Positions 27,349 to 40,710 of a stretch of DNA of 64,000 bases are shown piece after piece. The DNA is from Eledone cirrhosa (taxonomy: Eukaryota). The DNA lies in assembly GCA_964016885.1 (NCBI GenBank), contig OZ024742.1, positions 131,564,001 through 131,628,000 of the forward strand, read 5' to 3'. The notes below the pieces were generated by a model. That model was not told the origin of the DNA. It saw only the letters and a list, made by a program, of their open reading frames with translations, and did not search any database. Both the position numbers and the translations under genes were made by a program. The first letter of the stretch is position 1. The number at the start of each line of letters is the position of its first letter.

Positions 27349-28764
27349 TATATGCATGAAAGATGGCGAATGTTAGAGTCTTCAGCGTGTCGGATGAAAA
27401 ATAAATTGCTTCTGAATTTGTTCCAACTCACTTTGTTCTAATTTCAAGGCTCGCGTCTGTCACGTTGTCTTTCCTCTTTCCAGAGTCAACAAAGAAAGAT
27501 ATTAACCTAGTGTATGTGTATCCAATTCTTCTTTCAGCTGCTATATCTTAGATTATCTACTGGATTATTTAATCATCTAATGCATGGAAACCTAAAACTG
27601 TTAATTTATCGGGACGGGGCTTTGGAATAACAGTATCAGATGCAGGGCCATCTCCATATCAATACCTTGTGATGCCTTGCACATGGATTACAAGTGGATT
27701 ACATATGGATTACATATTGATTACATATATATTACCTAATGTCAGGGATTGTTTCTTGGTATCATGACGTAACCATTTTACAAATGTCTATTGCATGATA
27801 AAAGAAGTTATGAAATCAAAATCGGTAGAATAATGATGACGTCGAGTGCTCTTACCTTATTACACTATGGATTCCTAATTGCAGTGACAGAATCACAGTC
27901 GGTCTACTAATTAGGAAACTGTCAGTAACACACACATACACACCAGGCACACACCCACATATGAGCATTTTAAAATGACATTTACGCACAGAGTTCTATT
28001 CAAATGTTCTATTATGAAGTGTTCATTCGAGAGTGTTGAAACCGTGAATGTACCTTACATGTCATTTACCATATCCACGGTTAGAGAAACATACAAAAAG
28101 GTTCCTTGTCAGCAAATCAGAATTAAGTACATCTTGGACAACCTACATAGAGATCTCCATGTTTAAGGAATATGTTTGACGTTATCAAACAATCTTCTTT
28201 GGCAAGTATGCATAGAAAATATATTTCAAAATCTAAGAAGAATATTCCTGCCTAAAGGCCAGTTGCTAATTTCTCATAATCAATTATATTCTCCATATAT
28301 TATATATATGTGACACTGGAAATTAAAATCTAATAAATGTCAGTCCATCTCATGAATGTAGTTTTTAATGTTATACATTCATAAATGTCAGTTTTACTTG
28401 ACAATGAATTAAATATGATAATTTCAAATTACATCCTAAAAGTACAACAGAAAATTACTTGAAGACATCTATTATTGAAAATTATATTAAAATTTCCGAA
28501 CTTAATGAAAATCATGCATGTATTGTTTTAAAGATATATTCTTAAACATATTTATAAAAGTACATATAAGAAACAGTATATTAAGAAAATCACTACGAAA
28601 AATATATCGGAGCAATTTCCAATAATATTTCGGTGAGGGTGTGTGTAACTAAAGCTGAGACAACACATGTGGATACTTAAACATGATGTTTGCTATTATA
28701 GGAGTTTGGTTGCTACATGGGGTATTCTAAAACCGCTATGTCCGAATTAGGCTGGAGACAAAGG

Positions 28765-29651
<887 letters not shown>

Positions 29652-29652
29652 A

Positions 29653-29683
<31 letters not shown>

Positions 29684-30757
29684 GGTTACGGGCCATGGGA
29701 AGTTTTAGTTTTGATATCATGAATATTTTATTGTAAAATACTAAGGGGTCCAAACATATAACAAGTAGGTCTTTCCATAGATTATTGAGGAACCTCTAAA
29801 TATCTTTGTGGTATGCTTTCCAGTTTTAGTTTTTACCTTTAAGTTACTCCACAATATCATTCGGCCATCTAGATGTATTTATTGCTTTGTGAGTATACAC
29901 TTTCAGGGGTAATTCCTTCTATTTATGACAGTAATCAACATAAATAGGAACCTAAGGGACAACCTCAGTATTTCTGTATTTGGCATGCAGTGAAACACCG
30001 CAACAAAAAATAATACATTCTACCTGTTCTTTTAGTTTACAAATAGATCCCGAGCAAGATGGTTGTATCACATCTATGAACTTGGCTGGTCTCGCATGAG
30101 GATCTAGCCCGATTAGTTGGAGACGGTTGCTTCTGACAGGACCTATACTCTGCCCCCACGACTTTCTCAGAGCCAAGAAGAAGAAGAAGAAGAAGAAGAA
30201 GAAGAAGAAGAAGAATTGACTTCTAATGAGCTAAAAGTCTTATGAAATCATTATGATATTTCGGACGACTTCTTACGATTGAAACAGTTCTGGAACAGTA
30301 AAAGTCCTTTCTATATACGTGTATACTAAATATGCCTCCACTTAACTAATGTATTACATAGCTCTGATATCGAGTCAGTATAATTGTTTCGATTGTTTTG
30401 TCTCTCGTAATCATAGAGTAACACTGGCTCAGGTCGACAATACACACACACTCACATACTTGTGAAAAAATGTATGTGTATATATACATGTGTATGTATG
30501 TATGCACATATATGTGCGTACCTCTCAATATATATATATATTTCTGAAGACGGTATTTCTGAAGACGGCATATATATGTGTTTGGTATGTATATTTAATT
30601 TTGATAGTTTGTATAATTTTGTATAATTTTGTACATAGATCTGTTGAATATGCATGCCAATTCTAACACATATATATCCTAGAAACGATCGTTAAATAAT
30701 GAACTTTTTTTGTTTAATATAAGGAACTGTTTCATTGTTTTATTCATTATTTTTTTA

Positions 30758-30821
<64 letters not shown>

Positions 30822-30834
30822 TATATACATGCAT

Positions 30835-30865
<31 letters not shown>

Positions 30866-31003
30866 ATCAAAAGGGATATTTAATTTGTTGGCAATTCAAC
30901 AAATATATATATATTTATAACTGATTCGAAGCAGCCGACAGATTTTCTGGAGTATAATATCAATGATATTAATAAATGGAAACTATATTTATAAAACCAT
31001 ATT

Positions 31004-31064
31004 TATTCTATTATATATATTTCAAGGGTACTAAAACTTTGGTACGCTCTCATCAGATAAAATA
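31004..31064 (-). ncRNA. Minimal hammerhead ribozyme candidate
   Basis: TATTTTAT CTGATGA GAGCGTACCAAAGTTTTAGTACCCTT GAA AT ATAT AT A ATAGAATA. Confidence 0.7.
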
Positions 31065-31158
31065 CAAAGTTTGTTTTATAAATATTGACATATCCAGGAA
31101 AAACTTGAACGGTTAAGATCTCCTTCCTGGATATGCCAATATTTATGAAACAACTTTC

Positions 31159-31221
31159 TATTTTATCTGATGAGGGTGTACCAAAGATTTGGTATATCCT
31201 TGAAATATATATAATATCATA
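31159..31221 (+). ncRNA. Minimal hammerhead ribozyme candidate
   Basis: TATTTTAT CTGATGA GGGTGTACCAAA GA TTTGGTATATCCTT GAA AT ATAT AT A ATATCATA; stem I partly eroded. Confidence 0.6.
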
Positions 31222-31262
31222 AATATGGTTTTATAAATATAGTTTCCATTTATTAATATCAT

Positions 31263-31311
<49 letters not shown>

Positions 31312-31455
31312 CCCAGAAATAGCCGTCGAAACGGCTTGAGCTCTGCCGTCGGGGTTATACTTTTTCCTATATATATATATATATATATATAGTGGTAGAA
31401 CATTGGAAAGTAATATACGTAGTGGTAGAGCGCTCAGTCCATGGGACGTGTTAGG

Positions 31456-31642
31456 TAGAAGTGGTTACACAACAGTTAGTTCATCATACCGAGTAATTGT
31501 TTCACCTCAGCGGATCCTCAGCTCGTAATGGACATGGTTATACGGAACAGGAAGGAGAACCTTGTCCTTCCTGTTCCGTATAACCCTGTCCAATACGTGC
31601 TGAGGATCTGTAAGGTGAAACAACTAACTGTTGTGTAACCAC

Positions 31643-31650
<8 letters not shown>
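31456..31650. mobile_element. Inverted-repeat cassette in (TA)n with a degenerate hammerhead
   Basis: TAGAAGTGGTTACACAACAGTTAGTT pairs with AACTAACTGTTGTGTAACCACTTCTA. Minus strand: TACGAG CTGAGGA TCCGCTGAGGT GAAACAATTA CTCGGTA. Confidence 0.65.
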
Positions 31651-31680
<30 letters not shown>

Positions 31681-31961
31681 ACATATTTATTCCGGGTTCA
31701 ATCGGGGGGTAACCACAGCAAGTAAGGTACTCAATACACAGCAGTGTATAACTATTTAATATAGAAATGGCTTCTACAGGACTAGAACTGTTTCATTGGG
31801 AAGAAATCACCAGGAAAGCTTAAATTTAATGAGATACTCAACGAATTATGTAATGTTACATTCAGTGTAGAATGTCTCTAGTTCTAAGTTTCGATATCTC
31901 TTAGTGCACACTTATGTGTGTATGAATATATTTCAATCCCTTTCTTTTAATGATATATATA

Positions 31962-32227
31962 TATAACGAAGGAATTGTGGTAAGGAACCAGATGGACCAT
32001 AACGCACCAGAGTACTCAATACTTAGGGTAGTAGAGTGGGAAATAGGAAAACATATGACACCGACGGCAGAGCTCAAGCCGTTTCGACGGCTATTTCTGG
32101 ACTCTTAGTGGGAAATAGGAAAAAGTATGACCCTGACGGCAGAGCTCAAGCCGTTTCGACGGCTATTTATGTCCAGAAATAGCCGTCGAAACGGCTTGAG
32201 CTCTTCCGTCAGGGTCATACTTTTTCC

Positions 32228-32232
<5 letters not shown>
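31962..32232. mobile_element. 'GAGCTCAAGCCG' family cassette: tandem plus inverted units
   Basis: Two direct units (to 32103; 32106-32168), then an inverted unit (32171-32232); flanked by (TA)n. Confidence 0.75.
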
Positions 32233-32270
<38 letters not shown>

Positions 32271-32929
32271 AAAGCATAGATAGATAGATAGACATATGTA
32301 TATGGAATATTTCGAACTCATCGTTTCACTAAAGCAACACGTGTAGATATATGTAAGTTAGCCTAATCAACTATTGATACATGCTCTCGTTTGCTGTCTG
32401 AGAGTGGTAACGAAGAACTGTTTTGTTTGAAAGTGATGTGAGCAGAAAGCATAGACATGTAGAGGTCGAACCATACGTTTTACTTTCTCGATAAATGTGT
32501 TAGAACGATTATAGTAACACACCCATAATGCCCATTTTGCACCGTTGTGCGGTTTCGTATGCTCCAATATTAGATTATTTTCTTAATATATGGTTTATAA
32601 TTCCAGACTCTCAGTTTCGCTCCCTCAAGGAGACGTGATATTTCCTAAACAAAGATGTTATATTTGGTTTTCAACATTTTATGGCAAAGTTCCACTACCA
32701 ACAATTTCCTTTATTGTGATCTTCCACGTGTTTTATGTTTCCCACCATGATGATCCTGCAGGGAAATTGCTTCTCTGGCCACCGGAAGCTTGCTGTCATG
32801 AGAGATCGGGAAGTCTTGAAACAAAACTTTGTGCATGCTATACTTTGGATGGAGGGATGACTCAAGAAGAAGAAGATTTTCTAATTCTATTTTCAAAAAA
32901 TTTCAATCGCCACCTTATCCTAATATATA

Positions 32930-35690
32930 AACATAGACATATTGTTATACTTTCGGAGGGTCATGCTGTCAACAAAAACACACGCACCTGATGATTTTCA
33001 CTTCAATTTATTATAAATTTCCTGTTGGTTGTTTGGTTCGATAACCGGATGATTGTTTATATATTGTCAAAGCTCTTTTGTCACATACTGTGACCTTGTG
33101 AACGACGGGGTGTATATTTTGTATGTCTCCCCTTTGTTCTGTCCTACACTGAGTTGTGTGTTGTGTGTTTGGTTAGCACATGCGATACATCCAGGTGTGT
33201 GTGCGTTTTTTTTATTTATTCATTTATGTGTTTATTTACTCGCTGGTTGTTTGTCTATCCGTGTGTGTCTGGTTTGTTTTATTAGTTTGATTTTTGAGTG
33301 TGTCTGAATGTCTTCATTTTGTCCTTAATTACAGGTTGTTATGTTGTTATTCCACCCATGTTTTCGGTTTAATTTTGGTTGGAGTTCGTTTTTCTTTGTC
33401 GCTTATGTAATTTGTCTGAGCATTACATATTTTATGTGTGCGCATATAATATATATCTCTATGTTCTCTAATGTGCCTCTATGTTCTATTTTGGCATGTT
33501 GGTGGAGTACTGATGAGTTTTTCCCATCTTGAAGTTCCCACCAGTGTTCACTTATCCCTTCTCCTATGCTACGGGCTGTTTCACCTATGTATGTTGTGTT
33601 CTTATTCCTACACTGTCCCCAAATGCATCTTATGCTATATACTACATGTCTAATTTTGCAGTCAGTTTGCGGGATTAGCTTGCAGACTATGCATTTCTTC
33701 TCAACACAAGTATATGTTTACTAATTAGGGTTTTTATGGGAATGCCTAGTCATTCAACTATCTTTATATTTGATTTTAGCTTGCCTAGAGCCCTTCTAAA
33801 TTTGTAAGCTAGTTTGCCTCTGGGGGTTACACTGACGAACATTACCCTCTGATATTTATTGCTATCATATCATAAGTTGATTTTATTTGTCTTTTTCTTA
33901 ATCCATTCTATTGTATTCCAAAATGTCCTCCTATACATAGAGCAAGGCCTATTTGGTCCTGGTCCCTTTATATACCCTGCACTTGTATCTCTGAGTGTAG
34001 CCAGAGAAGTGCATGCGGTGGATGATGTGTTGTATCTGTCTCTCTAATTCTTAGGGTTTACACATGCAGGACATGTTCCCCATTACTCTTACTAAATCCG
34101 CAATCAGTATGTTGATTTTCATGTTACCCTAAACGTTCTTGGAGGTGATGGGTTTGACATAATGCGAACGGAGGATTTGTGTTCTATTATTAATAGTTTC
34201 TAACCAGGGATCTGTGTTTAGTACAGGTAATCTATGCTTGGGATGTCTAGTTGTGTAGTCTATGGTAACTTTAATACTCTGGTGGATGGAGTTAGCTATT
34301 TGCTAATGCTTTCCATGGTTTTCTTCTCTAATCCCTGACTGTTTTCCCGTGGGGGTGTTTTTACTACGATGTTTGTGTCATCTACGTAGTGGGAGTATAT
34401 AGTCAGGGTTATACAATTGTCGTCTAAGTGTTCTTTAAGTCTTGTGTCCCACTATGCCATAAACAGGTTAGCTATGTCACCTGCAATACTAACGCCAATG
34501 GCTTCCCCTTCTCTTGGGCATATATTTTCCCATTAAACTTGAATATGTTCCTTAAGGGTTAGTTGTATACAGGCTCCCACCGTATGTGTGATAATTTTCT
34601 TTAATGTATCATAGTTTTAGGTGTCTGTATGGTTCTGTCCCACCCACTCCATTTTTCTGTGTGGGTCTTCTTGGCAATTGAGGTAATGGTAGGTGGTCGG
34701 CCTCTCTCTGGCCTTGTGGGACAGAGGCTGCTAAGGTCGTGTGCGTCTAAATAATCCTTATTGTGTGTGAGTTTAAGTAGGTGTCCAACCTCACTGATAA
34801 CAATCCCAGGGAATTCCACATCGCTGATCATATCTACGCATTTTGCCACAGCAAAATCAACGTCAATGGATGGATATAGGGATACTACATCCATGTTACC
34901 TATTGTACAGCCTGTCTGGTCCCTCGGCAGGCTGTATTCGCTGATTCTGTTTAGGAGGTCCTCCGTGCTGTCGCATATGTCTGAGGACATTTCGATTATA
35001 GGGCGTATGATCAGGGAGAGGAAGTAAGAGAGTCTGTAGTTGCTAGCAATGTTAGCTCCACAGACTGGCCGTGCCCGTGATCCCGTGACTGGGTCACTAT
35101 TTGCCTTGTGGTCTTTGTGAAGCCCATACAGCGTTGGTACATCATTGTCTCAGGCCTGAACGTTGTTGGCAGCCCCTTTGCTGTGTTGCATTATGCTAGA
35201 CCACATCATCATGTGAACATTGAGGATTGTTTCCCTTTCTTCATGCTCTTATGGTGTTACTTCTCTTGTGTTGAAGAGGTGACGTTGCATTGCCTGGAAA
35301 TAGCTTGGCAGGCTGTCTACTGACATTCTGCCAGACTTGTCTGTTGGAAATCTTATAATTTCTTCATTTCATGTATGAGTTTACGCAAGCCATTAGGGAC
35401 CCCCCCCCCCAGTTGCTGGGCCTCCATTCTATTCTGTTTCCTGTTATACTAGTCTAGAATAATTTTGATTTTAGTTCTGGGTATTGTGAATTGTGCCTCC
35501 GTTTGGTCATCAGTCAGTGACGGTAGACACGGTCGTTTGTGAACAGAAAGTCTCGTAGGATAAATGCGTCGCATGTAGAAGGACTTATCAGATGGGTTAT
35601 TGAAGTGAAAACCAACAAGTGCTTGCGTGTGTTTTTATTGGCAGCAGAACCCACGCTAAGTATAACAATATCTGTTTCCACACACGTGTT
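32930..35690 (-). mobile_element. Decayed near-full Penelope-like element (RT, Cys-rich linker, C-terminal GIY-YIG) with inverted terminal repeat
   Basis: GNMDVVSLYPSID, GEAIGVSIAGDIANLFM..WD, YSHYVDDTNI, MKINILIADLVRVM, MFVSVTPRGKLA, CKIRHVVYSIRC...YIGETARSIGEGISEH. 32930-33006 is inverted at 35595-35685. Confidence 0.85.
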
Positions 35691-35956
35691 TAGGCAAGGA
35701 ATCCTGCAAAAGAAATTCAAAAACGAAGTATATATATATATAGAGATAGATATAAATTCAGCGAGAATCGCATTTCGGCGGGTAGAAAAAGCGAAACGAA
35801 ACACAATATCAGAGTTATGCTGGCAAGCGCTCAATAGTTAAAAAAACAGAGCTAAACAATTTGTTAAAACGCCATACAAACTGAAAAAGTAATCAAGAAG
35901 GCATTAACCACCAAAGCCCCTAAACACATCAAGCTAAACAGGTCAAACAAAATAAA

Positions 35957-36027
<71 letters not shown>

Positions 36028-36033
<6 letters not shown>

Positions 36034-36097
36034 CTCATTAACTTTCAATAAATGTTGATAATACATATATGTATATACAAAATCCTTAACATACGTG

Positions 36098-36128
<31 letters not shown>

Positions 36129-36148
36129 TCACGCACATAGACACACAC

Positions 36149-36200
<52 letters not shown>

Positions 36201-36540
36201 GTGTGTGTCTATGTGCGTGAGTGTGTGTGTGTGTGTGTGTGTGCGCGCACGTATGTTAAGGATTTTGTATATACATATATGTATTATCAACATTTATTGA
36301 AAGTTATATATATATATATAGGAAAAGGTATATACTTTTTCCTATTACCCACTCTACTTCCCTAAGTACTGAGTACTCTGGTGCATTTTGGTCCATCTGG
36401 TTCCTTAATACAACTCTCTCTCTCTATATATATATATAAAACAAAGGAGTTGTGTTAAGGAACCAGATGGACCAAAACGCACCAGAGTACTCAGTACTTA
36501 GTGAAGTAGAGTGGGTAATAGGAAAAAGTATATACCTTTT

Positions 36541-36603
<63 letters not shown>

Positions 36604-36733
36604 GTGTGTGTGTATGTGTGTGTGTGTGTGTGCGTGTGTGTGTGTGTTGTTTTTTTTTGCGCGCATGTATGTTAAGGATTTTGTATATACATATATGTAT
36701 TATCAACATTTATTGAAAGTTAATGAGCAATAA
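36028..36733. repeat. Nested inverted duplications of local DNA plus a 'GAGCTCAAGCCG'-family inverted pair
   Basis: Palindrome 36039-36306 centred on (TA)n; third copy at 36601-36733; element arms 36319-36416 and 36448-36545. Confidence 0.85.
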
Positions 36734-37111
36734 CTATATATTCAACCGAGATGTAGATGTTCGTTTCTGGTATCTTGGTGTGAAAACTTTCACTTACACA
36801 CGTTTGCTTTCATCAGCGGTAAACAGCTGTATATATATATATATATATATACGAGCAAAACCTTTAACTGAATATTGAATAAAACTTAATGTTGCATACA
36901 CACTCGCATAAACACATACACGAACACAAACACACACACACAAACACTCACAGACACACACTCACATGTTTAAGATGTTAAAGCCATTATTCTGCTGAGG
37001 ACTCGATATTTTAAGTATAGTTTAGAGATATCATTCGCTACATGAAAAATTAACGGTCACTTCTGAGTCATTTCGACAGCGAATAAATATCTAAGCTACG
37101 CACACGTGCTT

Positions 37112-37159
<48 letters not shown>

Positions 37160-40100
37160 TAGTGAGAGATGGAGAGAAACAGTGACAGTTAACGATAACA
37201 CCTGAGCTTTTGAAATGTGTAAGTTAAATGTACATGAATTTATATACTTGTGGAGTATTTTATGTTAAATCATATCCTCAGATATATCTATATGACGTAA
37301 ATATTTAAATATTTATGATGATTAAGTGTGTTGATAGATAAAGAATTGGATAATTCATGATATATATCTGAATGTGTATTCATACTACAATCACAGATAA
37401 GTACATTGTTTAAAATGCAAATTAAACGTAACTCGTACGGACCTATATATATAAACATAACTATTTGTCAGGACTATTTATTATAGTTATCTGTCTTTCT
37501 GCTGATGCACAGAAACAAAATATCACAATCCTATGAGAAAAATACATAAGCATACACCAACATTCACACACACACACACACATACACACACACACATACG
37601 CACACACACAAACACGTGCGCGCGCGCACACACACACTTTCCCGCGTGCACGCACACACACATATATGTGTATGTATGCATATATAGTATTCAAAATAAT
37701 GGCGTTATATTATTCTGAGTGAGTTTAACATGTTTTCATTCTATATAAATTGATAAACCATTTGAAAGGAACTGCTCAAATCTTTAAGATAACACAATAT
37801 CTGAATTTAAAAAAATAAACTATATATAAATGCATAGTTTTATTATCTATATTGTGAAGTGAAATAAATTTATCGTTCTCAGTTAAAACGCTGCGACCAT
37901 CCTTTGGCAATCTAAAGCTATCACATTGCAGAATATTGTAGAATTACTAATAAAATTCCGTTGAGATTTCAAAATAGTACTGGAAATTCCGATAAGGTAA
38001 TTATTGTTAAAATTGAACAATTTGCAATGTACACACACTATACTCACACATGAAAAGCTATAGACACACAAACCTATATACGCATACGTACATATTTGTG
38101 TATTTGTGTTTCTCTCTCTCTCTATATATATATGTATGTGTACGCGTTTCTATTCACAAATATATTACAGAAACACATACATACGCACACACATATATAC
38201 ATATATGAATTTTATATTTCAATATACATGTTTATATATATATATATTTATATATATATAGGAAGGAAGATAAATAGATAGATAGGGAGAAGGAAGAGAG
38301 AGAGAGAGATGGGAGAGAGAGATGGGAGAGAGAGAGAGACATGAAGAGACAAATGAGTGGACAGAGGAAGAGAGAGCGCGAGACGTATTGCACTAAAGAC
38401 AAAGATGTGCTTATACAAAGAGAGAGATAGTGATACGTATATATATTGGTATCAGAGGTATCAGACACACGTGTATTTCATTACGAGAAATATATACATA
38501 CATGCATACACATCCATGTATTCCCAAATACATACATATATTCATACATATCCACACACAATTTCTTGGAAAAATATATTCATCATCTTAAAAATTACTT
38601 TAAGTTTGGTTTAATTTATTTTATTTTATTTTATTTTTGCTTTATATATTTTCGGTTTTAAAATTTTCTAAAATATAATTCGATTTGATTACAGATTGGG
38701 AAAAAATTCTAGGATGGAAAATAATTTGAAAAATGTTGCAAAAAAAATAATGATGCTTCTATTCCTCAGAAATTGTTAAGTTCTGGAATAGTCTTTACTT
38801 AGCAATTATTATTTTGCTTTCGTTTTTATTTTCTATCTTTATTAAGATATTTACTAGTTATTTTTTGTTTTTTGAATTCTACTCCATAAGAAAAGGCTAT
38901 TTATTAGAAACTGTCAAGATCGGTCTGATAATATTTCATATTATCTTTTCCTCGGGATATTAGGGTGAGATGGCTAGTGTAAATGGAACAAAATACTTAA
39001 GATTAGATTACACTCTTCGTATTACTTTAGTATGTATATATATATATATTCGTGATTCTGCTAGTCACAGATTGCTACGTTGTGAGGGTGTCGCTACGCC
39101 AGAAAATTAGAGAGCATTTCATATAATGACACTACGTTTACCATGCGATTGTAAATATCCTTAAAGGCAAATATATCATTATACCATGCTGATACATTTT
39201 TGAAAGGATAGGGTTTTCACCAACAACGTAGTCTAATTAAACTATATGAAAACGAATTATTTACTGGTTACTCTAATAGTCTATTGATTATGAACTCCAA
39301 CTGTTCATAATGTCTATATATATGTACTCAAATATTTCCATGGTTGAATTAATACTTAGGTGTGTGTATAGTTAGGGAAATAATCGTCACTGCATTTTCT
39401 ATGAATAACCAAATAAATTCTACTTCAAGGACCAAACCATCTAACTGAAAACAGGAATGTTGGGCATGTACGCCTAATTGTAGGGCTGCCATTATCAACT
39501 TTATAAAAAGTAGCTTAAAATATTAAAAACATATCGGATTGCGTTAGCAGATAGTTCTAAAATGTAAATGTTGCATGTAATATTAAAAATTGTTTCAGGC
39601 AATATGAATTTCCAATCCACTAGTTTGCTTCCCTGGTTCTACATTTCTCAAAATTTGGATTTCTAAGCTAAATCTATGCAGAGACCTGCAAACGATAAAC
39701 AACTACTATTAAAAATGTCTTGCTGAAAAGTGTTTAATATTTTTAAGATTGTCAATATTGTTTTGTACAAGATAGAATAATTCTTTCCACACACTTTCAA
39801 AATGCATACACACCATTTTGTAGAGTGTTTTCATATTCTTCAACAATATGTTTTGCCGATATTAGGTAGGTAAAATGGTTAGTGACTCCTCTCCCTAGTA
39901 GTATAACGTTAATTCTTTCATATTTGTGGTAGTCTGATACAATATTAAATGTCGCTTTGAAGGCTGCACAATTCTCGTAAGCATAGACACTATAGGAATG
40001 CACAGTTCATTTACGTCACTAAAGTTACTTGACATGTTTTTAAAATTGCAAATAGTTATTTTTCCAATTCAGTCAACAGGTGTCCCGCACACGTTAAATA

Positions 40101-40569
40101 AAGTTCATTATATATCCCTGAACATAGTATGTAATTCTCTCACTTAATACGTTTCATATCTTAAAGTTGCCTTTCGAAAATGCAATATTAATGACTCCCT
40201 CGATCTAAGAGTTGTTTTTTTTTAAATACATTTACTTCTCGTTAATCATCTTGTAGGCAAAAGAGAAATCATTTCCTCCCCACCAGCGTATATGTGGTAC
40301 TAGTTGTAAGCTTCTTTTTATAGATATTCAATTTTGGAAGGTTATTCTTTAGAATGATATGAACGAACAACTTAAAACAAAGGGAGACTCAAATATATTT
40401 TATCAGATTCTTGTTTGGATTATCTAATTTAATTAACGTCTACAGAGAATTAATACTACAGACGCTTGAAGAAATAGCAAAATATTTTTCAATATCAATT
40501 GCCCTATAAGTGTAGTATATAGGCAGAATCGTTATTGTAACACAAAATCCATTACAATATTTCGTTGCA

Positions 40570-40710
40570 TTCTGGCTTCAAATCACCCCGAGGTCACCTT
40601 TCCACTCCAACATTCTGGGTCGATAAAATGAAGTACTAGTAAAGTAATTGAGCTGATTTAATCAAACTAGTTATTTTCTCAAATGTGCTGGCATCGTATC
40701 TATATTAGTA
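40570..40710 (+). mobile_element. Decayed Meta-domain SINE
   Basis: TTCAAATCACCCCGAGGTCACCTTT...GGGTCGATAAAATGAAGTACTAG...TGCTGGC. Confidence 0.55.

Larger units (their letters stand above)
30957..31268. mobile_element. Palindromic cassette (~145 bp arms) with one hammerhead per arm
   Basis: Arms 30957-31100 and 31123-31268; hammerhead motifs at 31004-31064 (-) and 31159-31221 (+). Confidence 0.8.
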
